The notes below the pieces were generated by a model. That model had not been told where the DNA came from, searched no databases, and was given only the letters and a program-made list of their open reading frames with translations. Position numbers and translations under genes: made by a program. Of a stretch of DNA of 32,000 nt, positions 8,436 to 16,733 are shown piece by piece (within the stretch, counting starts at the first letter, position 1; every line of letters begins with the position of its first letter). The DNA is taken from assembly GCA_038735125.1 (NCBI GenBank), contig JAVYNU010000007.1:60546-92545 (forward strand). The letters are read 5' to 3'. The DNA is from Ignisphaera sp. (GTDB taxonomy: Archaea; Thermoproteota; Thermoprotei_A; Sulfolobales; Ignisphaeraceae).

Positions 8436-9629
8436 GTGTACCAGATGGCTAGAGCCGTTCTGATAGATGATGGCGTTTGGTGGGTTGGGGCAAGAGACAT
8501 TAGTAGAAGAATCTTCGATTCCATCATACCTCTGCCTAAGGGTACATCATATAACTCATATCTTGTTGTTGGTAAGGAAAAGATTGTGTTGATAGACACC
8601 GTCAATCCTGGATTTGAGAGTGAGTTGGAGGAAAGAATTTCTTCTGTTGTTAAACCATCAGATATAGATTACGTTGTTATGAATCATGCTGAGCCAGATC
8701 ATGCTGGGGCTATTCCACATATACTCAGAATCTCTCCCAAGGCAAAGCTTGTGACAACGGCTGTGGGAGCTAAGATGGCCAAGATCTTCTATGGTGTTCC
8801 AAATGATAGAGTATATGTTGTTAGGGACGGCGATACAATAGATCTGGGAGGTAAGACCCTAAAGTTCATAGAGGCTCCCATGCTTCACTGGCCAGAAACA
8901 ATGTTTACGTACTTAGAAGAGAATAAGATACTATTCACATGTGATTTCTTTGGGGCTCACATAGCCCAGGGTCTGTGGGATGATGAGGTAGAGGATTTGA
9001 TATACCACGCACAAAGGTACTTTGGAGAAATAATGATGCCCTTTAGAGTTAATGCTTTGAATGCATTGAAGAAAATAGCTGGTCTTGATATAAGAGTTAT
9101 TGCCCCTTCTCATGGACCCATATACAGAAATCCGAGGAAAATCATTGAGAGTTATTATAGCTGGGTAGAGGGAAGAACAAAGAGGAAAGCTGTTGTACTA
9201 TATGTATCAATGTGGGGCTACACTGAAAACATCGTCAAAACATTTGCTGATGATCTTAGAGCCGAAGGAATAGATGTTGTTCTACATAATTTAGCGGTAG
9301 CAGATTTAGGCGATGTAGCGAAAGATCTTGTAGACTCTCGTGCAATTGTATTAGCAACACCAACAGTTGTGCTAAATGCACATCCACTAGCAGCACTAGC
9401 GGCTTATCTAGCTAAAATACTGAAACCCCCTGCAAAGTACCTAGCACTAATAGTTCTATATGCTTGGGGTACACAAGCAGAAAGACAATTACAAGAAATA
9501 GCGAGAGATCTTAAGGCAGAGCTTATAGGAATGGTAAAAATTAATGTGACGCCTTCCAAGGAAGATATAGAGAATTTAAGAGGTTTAGCAAAAGAACTTT
9601 CAAAAAGGTTGAAAGCAGAGCCAGAATAA
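8436..9629 (+). CDS. fprA: flavodiiron protein (FprA-type O2/NO reductase)
   Basis: Metallo-beta-lactamase-like diiron motif NHAEPDHAG, then HWPETMFTY, DFFGAH, and a C-terminal flavodoxin-like domain (VVLYVSMWGYTENIV). GTG start at 8436, or ATG at 8445. Confidence 0.9.
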   Translation: MYQMARAVLIDDGVWWVGARDISRRIFDSIIPLPKGTSYNSYLVVGKEKIVLIDTVNPGFESELEERISSVVKPSDIDYVVMNHAEPDHAGAIPHILRISPKAKLVTTAVGAKMAKIFYGVPNDRVYVVRDGDTIDLGGKTLKFIEAPMLHWPETMFTYLEENKILFTCDFFGAHIAQGLWDDEVEDLIYHAQRYFGEIMMPFRVNALNALKKIAGLDIRVIAPSHGPIYRNPRKIIESYYSWVEGRTKRKAVVLYVSMWGYTENIVKTFADDLRAEGIDVVLHNLAVADLGDVAKDLVDSRAIVLATPTVVLNAHPLAALAAYLAKILKPPAKYLALIVLYAWGTQAERQLQEIARDLKAELIGMVKINVTPSKEDIENLRGLAKELSKRLKAEPE

Positions 9630-9799
9630 AGCACTAAGCAAAGCACTCCCATTGATCTGAAAACATATATGGCGTTAGTGAATAGATAACAGATACATAG
9701 CGCTGTCACGCTTTTTGCTGTTACCCTAAACTTTTTTAGCCAATCAGCTAGAGAAACTGATGATAAAATGCTCTGGTCAAACTCTTCTGCTTCTCTCAT

Positions 9800-9968
9800 G
9801 ACAAGCGCGATCGCATTGTATCGACAAGCTGCTACACAAGAGCCAAATCCATCACATTAGCCTTCCCATTTACTAGAGCGAGGACCCCTGTTAAACACGC
9901 CTTCACACACATTTGCTCCTATCTATCGCCACTACTAGCCTAACCCTCCTCTTTGTGATCATTTTCAT
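9800..9968 (-). pseudogene. decayed 2x[4Fe-4S] ferredoxin-like gene remnant
   Basis: Three successive minus-strand reading-frame pieces carry recognisable dicluster-ferredoxin motifs. They are MKMITKRRVRLVVAIDRSKCV* (9968-9903), MCVKACLTGVLALVNGKANV... (9912-9832) and CDGFGSCVAACRYNAIALV (9856-9800). They are broken by frame changes and stops, with Cys->Phe and Pro->Leu/Arg substitutions in the CxxCxxCxxxCP pattern. Confidence 0.4.
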
Positions 9969-10099
9969 GCACTCCGTATGCTATTTCTCTCTAACAAGAT
10001 AGTTGTTTTGTCCACCATTCCTGACCTCCAATCTTCGACATCTCTTGCGAACACCCTGACAATTTTATGAGATAATGATTGAGAGACTATGATTAAGCT

Positions 10100-12511
10100 C
10101 TACTTTAAGAGTCTTAGTGAGTTTAGCACTACGCTGGCATCACTTAAAACCATTGCTACAGCTCCTAGCTCTGGCTTTATGAAGATGCCGTAGCTATAGA
10201 GCGCTCCAGCTGCTATTGGAAGCAATATCGTGTTGTATATAAGTGCCCAGAAGATGTTTTCAAGGAATTTTCTTCTAACCTTTTTGCTAAACTCTATCAG
10301 GAAGACTATATCTGTTAGCCTGTTGCTTGTTATAATCACATCTCCAGCCTCCTTAGAGATGTCGGCTCCACTACCCATAGCTACACCGATATTTGCGGCT
10401 GAAATTGCAGCTGCATCATTTATTCCATCGCCTACATAGAGAACTTTTTCTCCATTCAACTGAAGCTTCTTAACAACATCTACTTTATCAAGGGGTTTGA
10501 GCTTGTAGTAGTAAAAGTCTATCTTGAGCATCTCTGCATAATGTTTAACAGCTTCTTGAACATCGCCACTGGCAATACCGATTCTCAGACCCAGACTCTT
10601 CAAATAACTGACCACTTTGGCGGCTTCCGGTCTGAGGCTATCGGAAATCTCTATAACTGCAACAGGTCTCCCCTCTACTGCCACTATAACTGGTGTTCCA
10701 CCTCTTTCACCAATTTCTTTTAAAAGCTTTTCAATGTTATTCGACAACTCAATGCCCATTCTATCCATAAGCTCAGCATTTCCCATAGCCACAGTAATGC
10801 CATTGACCCTGCCCACAACCCCAAGCCCTGGGAAATGCTCAAATTCTTCAACTTGTCTTAGCTCAACGCCTTTCTCGTTGCAGTAATTCGCTATGGCTTT
10901 GGCTATTGGATGTTCGCTTCTAGACTCTATGCTACACACATAAGAGAGTATAGCATCTGCACCAGGATTTCCATCTAGAAACACAATTTCTTTCACAGCT
11001 GGCGAGCCAATGGTCAGAGTCCCTGTTTTGTCGAATAGCACAACAGAGGTTTCAAGAACTCTGTCAAACACATCTCCACGTCTAATTACAATTCCTTTTC
11101 TTGCAGTGGCTAGAACAGCTATTGAAACAGCCATTGGGATTGCGATTCCTATTGCACAGGGGCATGCAGTTGCAAAAACTGCTGCAACGAAGAGTATGGC
11201 CTTTGACACATCTCCCACGTATATAGACCAGTACAACGCTGTGGCGATGCCAAGGCCTATGACAACCCAGGTAAAGTATCCGACTATCTTATCTGCAAGC
11301 CTAACTATTCTAGGCTTGTAGAATTGGGCTTCTCTAATAGTCTCAACTATTCTGTAGAGAATTGTCTCATTACCCACTCTCGTTGCTCTAACCCTTAGAT
11401 AGCCAGATACAAGCTTGCTTCCAGCTAAGACGGGGTCTCTTGTCGAAGCCTTTTTGTGTATAGGCATTGGCTCTCCGGTAAAACTAGATTCATCGACATA
11501 TCCCTCCCCCTCGACAACGACGCCATCTACAGGCACAATCTCTCCAGCTCTAATCTCTACAATAGCTCCAAGAGGGACCCTATCCGCGTTAACCTCAACA
11601 ACATTTTCGTTGGAGACTATCCTTGCTTTGCTGTAAAGCCTCTTTACATGCTCTTCAACATCTCTCCAAGCCCTTCTCCTAACCCTCTCTTCAAGATAGA
11701 GACCCAGACCAACAAAACCCAGAACACCTGCAGAAGCCTCGAAGAATGATGACACATGTATTTCATTGCCAAGGGAAATAGTGTTGGATAGAGACAAAAC
11801 TCCAAAAAGAAATGATATTGTCGAGGAGAGAGCCACAAAAGAATCCATTGTTGGCGCAAGCTTTAGCAACGATTTATAGCCTCTGAAAATAATATCATGG
11901 CTCAGTATAATGATTATCACAGAAGCTGTTGCTAGGAAATAGACATAGCTGTCTATATGGAGACCGGTGAACATGGATAGGATAGCGAAAAGCACAACTG
12001 AGAGTCCTATGGCAAATGATGTGAGTCTTCTAACAAGAAGCCTATGTTCACCTTCCCCAGTCCCAGACCTAGCTTCCTCTGATATATGCTCAAACTCTAT
12101 GCCAAGCCCAAGAAGAATTTTCTCCATGTCTTGCTGAGCTATGGTCAGAGGATTGTAGATCACCTTGATCATGGATGTAGAGACAGAGGCTCTGCATTCG
12201 AAAACCCCTCTAGCTCTACTCAGCTTCTCCTCAACAACCCTAGCCAAATTGGCATCGAGATCCTCTACAGAAAATACTGCAACCTCTTTAACAACATCGT
12301 ATCCAGAGTCTCTAACAGCCTTGTATATATCGCCTAGACTACATCCAGAATCATCGTATTCTATTAGAGCTTCGCCAGAGGATATATCTACACTGAAATT
12401 GCTTACACATCCGAGCTTCGCCAACTCCCTGTTAATCGAGTATACGCAGCTAGGACAGTCAACACCAATTAGTCTAAGTCTCTCTCTAACCACAGCCATG
12501 GCTATAGACAC
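10100..12511 (-). CDS. copA: copper-translocating P1B-type ATPase
   Basis: N-terminal HMA domain with CPSC, TM6 CPC (ATACPCAIGIA), DKTGTLT phosphorylation site, SEHP, GDGINDAAA, and YN...P in TM7. Confidence 0.95.
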   Translation of the reverse strand: MSIAMAVVRERLRLIGVDCPSCVYSINRELAKLGCVSNFSVDISSGEALIEYDDSGCSLGDIYKAVRDSGYDVVKEVAVFSVEDLDANLARVVEEKLSRARGVFECRASVSTSMIKVIYNPLTIAQQDMEKILLGLGIEFEHISEEARSGTGEGEHRLLVRRLTSFAIGLSVVLFAILSMFTGLHIDSYVYFLATASVIIIILSHDIIFRGYKSLLKLAPTMDSFVALSSTISFLFGVLSLSNTISLGNEIHVSSFFEASAGVLGFVGLGLYLEERVRRRAWRDVEEHVKRLYSKARIVSNENVVEVNADRVPLGAIVEIRAGEIVPVDGVVVEGEGYVDESSFTGEPMPIHKKASTRDPVLAGSKLVSGYLRVRATRVGNETILYRIVETIREAQFYKPRIVRLADKIVGYFTWVVIGLGIATALYWSIYVGDVSKAILFVAAVFATACPCAIGIAIPMAVSIAVLATARKGIVIRRGDVFDRVLETSVVLFDKTGTLTIGSPAVKEIVFLDGNPGADAILSYVCSIESRSEHPIAKAIANYCNEKGVELRQVEEFEHFPGLGVVGRVNGITVAMGNAELMDRMGIELSNNIEKLLKEIGERGGTPVIVAVEGRPVAVIEISDSLRPEAAKVVSYLKSLGLRIGIASGDVQEAVKHYAEMLKIDFYYYKLKPLDKVDVVKKLQLNGEKVLYVGDGINDAAAISAANIGVAMGSGADISKEAGDVIITSNRLTDIVFLIEFSKKVRRKFLENIFWALIYNTILLPIAAGALYSYGIFIKPELGAVAMVLSDASVVLNSLRLLK

Positions 12512-12519
12512 CCAAGAGG

Positions 12520-12729
12520 CTAGGATTGGCCATGGGGCATGCCTTTGGGTCCGTGAGTAAGATAGTATTCGGGATTCTTCTCAAACTCATTTAAGCAATA
12601 CCTGCTACAGAAGTAGTAGACCCTGCCCTTGTAAATAGTTTTATACTTGGTTTTCTCAGGATCTACAGTCATACCACATACAGGATCTATATGCATAGGC
12701 ATAGAGGATCCAAAAGCTATTTGTAGCAT
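12520..12729 (-). CDS. copM: YHS/TRASH-domain metallochaperone-like protein (CopM-type)
   Basis: DPVCGMTVDPEKTKY...YYFCSRYCLNEFEKNPEYY is the YHS/TRASH Cys pattern. It lies 8 nt upstream of copA on the same strand. The true start may be an internal Met (12702 or 12696). Confidence 0.8.
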   Translation of the reverse strand: MLQIAFGSSMPMHIDPVCGMTVDPEKTKYKTIYKGRVYYFCSRYCLNEFEKNPEYYLTHGPKGMPHGQS

Positions 12730-12845
12730 AGCAGATTAAATATTTGCTCGATATAAACTCCTATACTAAGTTTATTTATCTAGTGTTTATTAAACCGCTT
12801 ATAACAAGTTTATTTAGCATTGGATACAAAAATCATGGGGTTTTT

Positions 12846-13682
12846 ATGAGCATAACCAACCTGAATTGGGTTGGAGATGCAATAGACAGGCTTAGAAGCA
12901 AGAAGCCTTTGGTTCACAACATCACTAATTTCGTTGTTATGAACACAACTGCTAATGCTCTCTTAGCTTTAGGTGCATCACCAATCATGTCCCACGGCAT
13001 CGAGGATCTAGATGATCTTGTGCCTGCTGCAGATGCTATTGTGATAAATATTGGTACTATTGATGAGGAATTCGCTTATTCCATGCTTAAAGCTATCCAG
13101 CTTGCAAAGATGTACAAAAAGCCTGTTGTTCTAGACCCTGTAGGGGCTGGCGCAACTAGGTTTAGAACCAGAATTGCTCTATCACTACTTGAAAACAGTG
13201 GTATAAGCGTTGTTAAGGGTAATTTTGGCGAGATTTTGGGTCTGTTGGGAGAGTATGGCAAGACTAGAGGTGTTGATGCAGCCTCATATGATAGGAGTAT
13301 TGCTTCTGAAGCTGTTTTGCAGACCTCGAAAAAATTCAGCTGTGTTGTTGGTTTGACAGGTTACACGGATTTTGTTAGCGATGGTGTCAATGTTTATGAG
13401 GTGAGGCTTAGGGTAGAGTCTCAAAACCTCGAAAAAGTGATTCACAGAGTCACAGGTTTGGGGTGTATTGTATCAGCTTTGATAGGAGCGTTTCTAGCAA
13501 TAGAAAATCCTTTGAAAGCTACTATAGCTGGGTTGGCCACATTCAAAGCTGTTTCCTACAAGGCCTCTGAAGAGACTCCCTATCCAGGCTCATTCCATGT
13601 CAAGCTATATGACTGGCTCTATAGAATTGATGGAGATATCGTTAGAGATGTTGTTGAGGTGAGAGAGGTTGGGTCTAACTGA
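12846..13682 (+). CDS. thiM: hydroxyethylthiazole kinase
   Basis: PLVHNITNFVVMNTTANALLALGASPIMSH and VKGNFGEI are ThiM hallmarks. I chose the ATG at 12846; the ORF-track extension from 12744 is hydrophobic junk. Confidence 0.9.
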   Translation: MSITNLNWVGDAIDRLRSKKPLVHNITNFVVMNTTANALLALGASPIMSHGIEDLDDLVPAADAIVINIGTIDEEFAYSMLKAIQLAKMYKKPVVLDPVGAGATRFRTRIALSLLENSGISVVKGNFGEILGLLGEYGKTRGVDAASYDRSIASEAVLQTSKKFSCVVGLTGYTDFVSDGVNVYEVRLRVESQNLEKVIHRVTGLGCIVSALIGAFLAIENPLKATIAGLATFKAVSYKASEETPYPGSFHVKLYDWLYRIDGDIVRDVVEVREVGSN

Positions 13683-14313
13683 GAAACTCAGACTTCTTGT
13701 TATAACAGATAAAAGGTTGAAGCCAAATGTTGTAAAATCTGTTGAAGAAGCATTGAAAGGTGGTGCAACATCTATTCAGCTTAGATTAAAAGAGTCGTCA
13801 ACACGTGAAATGGTGGAGATAGGTAGGGAGGTTAGGAGGCTAACTAGAGATTACGGAGCTCTATACTTTGTCGATGATAGGGTAGACGTTGCATTGGCCA
13901 CGAACGCTGATGGCGTTCAGCTAGGCCCTGAGGACATGCCTATTAGGATAGCCCGAGAAATAGCTCCAAACCTACTCATCGGGGCCTCTGTATATAGTGT
14001 TGAAGAGGCTTTAGAGGCCGAAAGAGAGGGTGCACACTTCTTAGGAGCTGGATCGGTGTACTCAACACCATCAAAACCAGATGCGAGAGTTATTGGATTA
14101 GAGGGTCTACGGAAAATAGTTGAGAGTGTGAGCATACCTGTTGTTGCCATAGGGGGTATAAACAAGGATAATGTTAGAGAGGTTCTTGAATCAGGTGTTG
14201 TGGGAGTAGCTGTTATATCGGCTGTTATGGCTGCTGAAGATGTTTATAGGGCCACCTTAGAACTTAGAAAAATTGTAGACGAGGTGCTAAGACCAAGTGG
14301 GCAAACTAGATGA
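13669..14313 (+). CDS. thiE: thiamine-phosphate synthase
   Basis: LLVITD, GATSIQLRLKE, ADGVQLGPEDMP, GASV, PVVAIGGI: the ThiE TIM-barrel motifs. Overlaps the thiM 3' end by 14 nt. Confidence 0.9.
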   Translation: MGLTEKLRLLVITDKRLKPNVVKSVEEALKGGATSIQLRLKESSTREMVEIGREVRRLTRDYGALYFVDDRVDVALATNADGVQLGPEDMPIRIAREIAPNLLIGASVYSVEEALEAEREGAHFLGAGSVYSTPSKPDARVIGLEGLRKIVESVSIPVVAIGGINKDNVREVLESGVVGVAVISAVMAAEDVYRATLELRKIVDEVLRPSGQTR

Positions 14314-15262
14314 AATCGTCAAGAAACTGGCTAGAGGGGCTAAGAGGCATCCTAGATCTCTCCTCACATGGTTTGATGATGCAGGGGCTGTAGAAATAAA
14401 TGGGAGATACTTTGTTGTGAAAGCCGATGGTTTTGCCTCTTCCAGGGCTCTCTATCCCTGGTGTAGCTATAGAGATTTTGGTTTTAGAGGTGTTGCGGGG
14501 GCTGTCAGCGATGTTATTGCCAAGGGGTGTAGACCATATGTATATGCCATCTCAATTGGTGTTAAGCCTGAAAACGTTGATTTTATAGAAGATATTATTA
14601 AGGGTGTTGAGGAAGCTGTCGACATATTTGGGGGCTATATAGAGAATATAGATACAAATATCGGTTACGACGACTGGATAGACGTTTTTGTCTTGGGGGA
14701 ATGCCTCTACTATCCTCTTCCAAGAGGGGCAAGGGAGCTAAGCAAGGTTATTTTGCCTAGGAGAGTAGGGCTATCTGTGATGGCATATATGGAGTATGTC
14801 GAGAAGAGAACACCTAGCATCGACGAGGTACGCAAATTCAGTTGTAGACCCATGCCATATACGCGGATAGTTGATGCAATAGAGTTTAGCAGAACAGGTT
14901 TAGAGGGCTCTATAGATATTAGCGACACATTTGCGGAGGCACTTCAGCAGCTAAGTGAAGTCAGTGGGACGGGTGTATACATACAGGAGAGCCCCTCTAG
15001 AATTTTGCACCCACTAGCAATTGAATACGTCAAGAGGGTGGGTTTAGACCTGCAACTAGCTGTTTTGGCGTCCAACGAAGAGTACATACCTCTCTTAATA
15101 GTGAAACCAGGATACGAAGAAGAGGTTCTAGATGTGTTGAAGAGCATAAGTTTAGAACCTGTGGTGATAGGCACCATAACATTGAAGCAAGACTTGATGT
15201 GGATGGGTAGGGTAATGCCAAAGGTGGTGTGGGACTATATCCAAGGTGCAGTAACCATATGA
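14297..15262 (+). CDS. thiL: thiamine-monophosphate kinase-like PurM-superfamily protein
   Basis: FDDAGAV, VVKADGF, VSDVIAKGCRP and FGGYIENIDTN match the AIR-synthase-related N-domain pattern. Overlaps thiE by 17 nt (GTG start). The function is assigned mainly from operon context. Confidence 0.6.
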   Translation: MGKLDEIVKKLARGAKRHPRSLLTWFDDAGAVEINGRYFVVKADGFASSRALYPWCSYRDFGFRGVAGAVSDVIAKGCRPYVYAISIGVKPENVDFIEDIIKGVEEAVDIFGGYIENIDTNIGYDDWIDVFVLGECLYYPLPRGARELSKVILPRRVGLSVMAYMEYVEKRTPSIDEVRKFSCRPMPYTRIVDAIEFSRTGLEGSIDISDTFAEALQQLSEVSGTGVYIQESPSRILHPLAIEYVKRVGLDLQLAVLASNEEYIPLLIVKPGYEEEVLDVLKSISLEPVVIGTITLKQDLMWMGRVMPKVVWDYIQGAVTI

Positions 15263-15339
15263 ATTCCATAGAATGTGACAGAGAAATCCTATGAAAGCAA
15301 TACATCGTAGTTATCTCAATAAAACTCTTCAAGCGAAAA

Positions 15340-16368
15340 TCATTTGATGCTATCTATTATTTCTTTGTACAGCTTTAGAGCTTGGTCCGCGTCTGTTGTT
15401 CCCTTTACAAATACTTTTCCATTACGTAATATCATTACCTCGAAGCCGCTTACCACACCATAAGCCACAGCACCATCATATATCCTCAGATTCTTAATAA
15501 GATTGGATTTTGTCAGCTTTTCTAAATCTAGCTCTGCACGGCTTTCAGATACTATTTTAACTGCTCTTGCCCCACACATAGGCTTTACATTTTTGCCTCC
15601 TTTGAATAGGTAATCAAATCGCTTGTAAACACATGTAGGACAAGAACTATTTCTCCTTACATAAGCTCTTTCAATTGCTGCACTATATGCATCGACCACA
15701 TATAGGTGCTCATCCACATAACCCTCGGTCAAATATTTTATTGCGATAGATAGTGCCACTGATACTGTTAAATCTACAGCTATTGGCGTCACACCAAAAA
15801 TTTCACATGCATTTTCTCTCGCTCTAGCTCTTGGAATAAAGCACTTTAGACAAGCTGTTTTCTCTGGCACAACAAGCTTTACATTTCCATACCATCTCTC
15901 AACACCAATCATAACCCAGGGTTTGCCAAGATTCACACACGCTTCGTTTATCAGGTACCTAGTATCCATATTGTCAGTGCCATCTATAACGAGATCTACA
16001 TCTCTGATAAAATTCTGGATATTATCAGCATCAACATCATCTACAATAGCCTCAACCTCAACACCACTGTTAATCTCCTTTAAACGGTTTCTACATGCAA
16101 TAGCCTTGGGCACCCTCCCAAAAGCATCCTCTTCTCTAAACAGACGTGTTCTATGGAGATTGCTTACCTCAACAACATCCCTATCAACAACTCTGATAAA
16201 ACCGGCACCAGCCCTGGCAAGAACTTCAGCCACGCTACTGCCTGTAGCACCGCAGCCGATGATGGCTATTCTGGACTCGGCTAATTTAAGCTGCTTTTTG
16301 ATTCCTAGAACAAGTATCTGTCTCGAATATCTCTCAATAAAGTCTGCAACATCTATTCCCCTATTCAT
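15340..16368 (-). CDS. E1-like ThiF/MoeB/HesA-family adenylyltransferase with an extra C-terminal domain of about 90 aa
   Basis: YSRQILV, nucleotide loop IIGCGATGSSVAEVLARAG, DRDVVEVSNLHRTRLF, two CxxC pairs (CLKC, CPTC), and a conserved Cys in NACEIFGVTP. The C-terminal extension (…EVMILRNGKVFVKGTTDADQALKLYKEII) is not rhodanese-like. Confidence 0.85.
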   Translation of the reverse strand: MNRGIDVADFIERYSRQILVLGIKKQLKLAESRIAIIGCGATGSSVAEVLARAGAGFIRVVDRDVVEVSNLHRTRLFREEDAFGRVPKAIACRNRLKEINSGVEVEAIVDDVDADNIQNFIRDVDLVIDGTDNMDTRYLINEACVNLGKPWVMIGVERWYGNVKLVVPEKTACLKCFIPRARARENACEIFGVTPIAVDLTVSVALSIAIKYLTEGYVDEHLYVVDAYSAAIERAYVRRNSSCPTCVYKRFDYLFKGGKNVKPMCGARAVKIVSESRAELDLEKLTKSNLIKNLRIYDGAVAYGVVSGFEVMILRNGKVFVKGTTDADQALKLYKEIIDSIK

Positions 16369-16501
16369 ATCCGATCAACCCAAATAACTAAAATCGCATA
16401 TCATAGCCAAGCACCTCAAAATATAGATTAGGGAGTCATATTCAACGGAAATGCGGCTTTGATGTATAGACATAATGATCAGTGAAGCACAGTGAAATAT
16501 C

Positions 16502-16729
16502 TTAGAATTCCGCTGTTTTTCTAAGCCTTACTTCGTAGTACTTATCTTTTTCATTTACATCAATTGTTCCAATGCCAAATGCCTCAACAGATTCTCTAAT
16601 CATATCGACACAGAGCTTTGATGTTGTTAGCACAACTATTTCCTCTCCTCTGCGCACCTTGGAGAATTCTCTAATGGTCTTGACCAGTGGTTGCGGACAC
16701 TCTTCGCCTCTAAAGTCTAGCACCTTCAT
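16502..16729 (-). CDS. tusA: TusA/SirA-family sulfur-carrier protein
   Basis: 75 aa with LDFRGEECPQPLVK (the CPxP active-site motif). The ATG lies 4 nt after the stop of the upstream acylphosphatase-like gene. Confidence 0.85.
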   Translation of the reverse strand: MKVLDFRGEECPQPLVKTIREFSKVRRGEEIVVLTTSKLCVDMIRESVEAFGIGTIDVNEKDKYYEVRLRKTAEF

Positions 16730-16733
16730 TTGC

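Noticed and set aside
9404-9799. A 131-aa minus-strand ORF spanning the fprA 3' end and the following gap.
   Set aside because: It overlaps 226 nt of the well-supported fprA gene on the opposite strand. Only its extreme 5' part sits next to the ferredoxin-like remnant. I treat it as read-through of a dead gene, not as a CDS.
10230-12560. A series of plus-strand ORFs of 60-131 aa (10230-10439, 10617-10886, 11010-11321, 11456-11749, 12165-12560 and others) inside the copA region.
   Set aside because: They lie antisense to, and entirely within, a long motif-rich P-type ATPase gene. Their products are low-complexity and Ser/Thr/Leu-rich, typical of shadow ORFs. The same reasoning applies to other antisense ORFs in the track, for example 611-883, 5640-6006, 15923-16387, 17220-17684, 25194-25796 and 28696-29118.
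12730-12845. A possible TPP riboswitch upstream of thiM.
   Set aside because: The roughly 115-nt AT-rich leader contains none of the conserved TPP-aptamer elements (no CTGAGA, no ACCTGATCTGGATAATGCCAGCG-like segment) and has no GC-rich helices.
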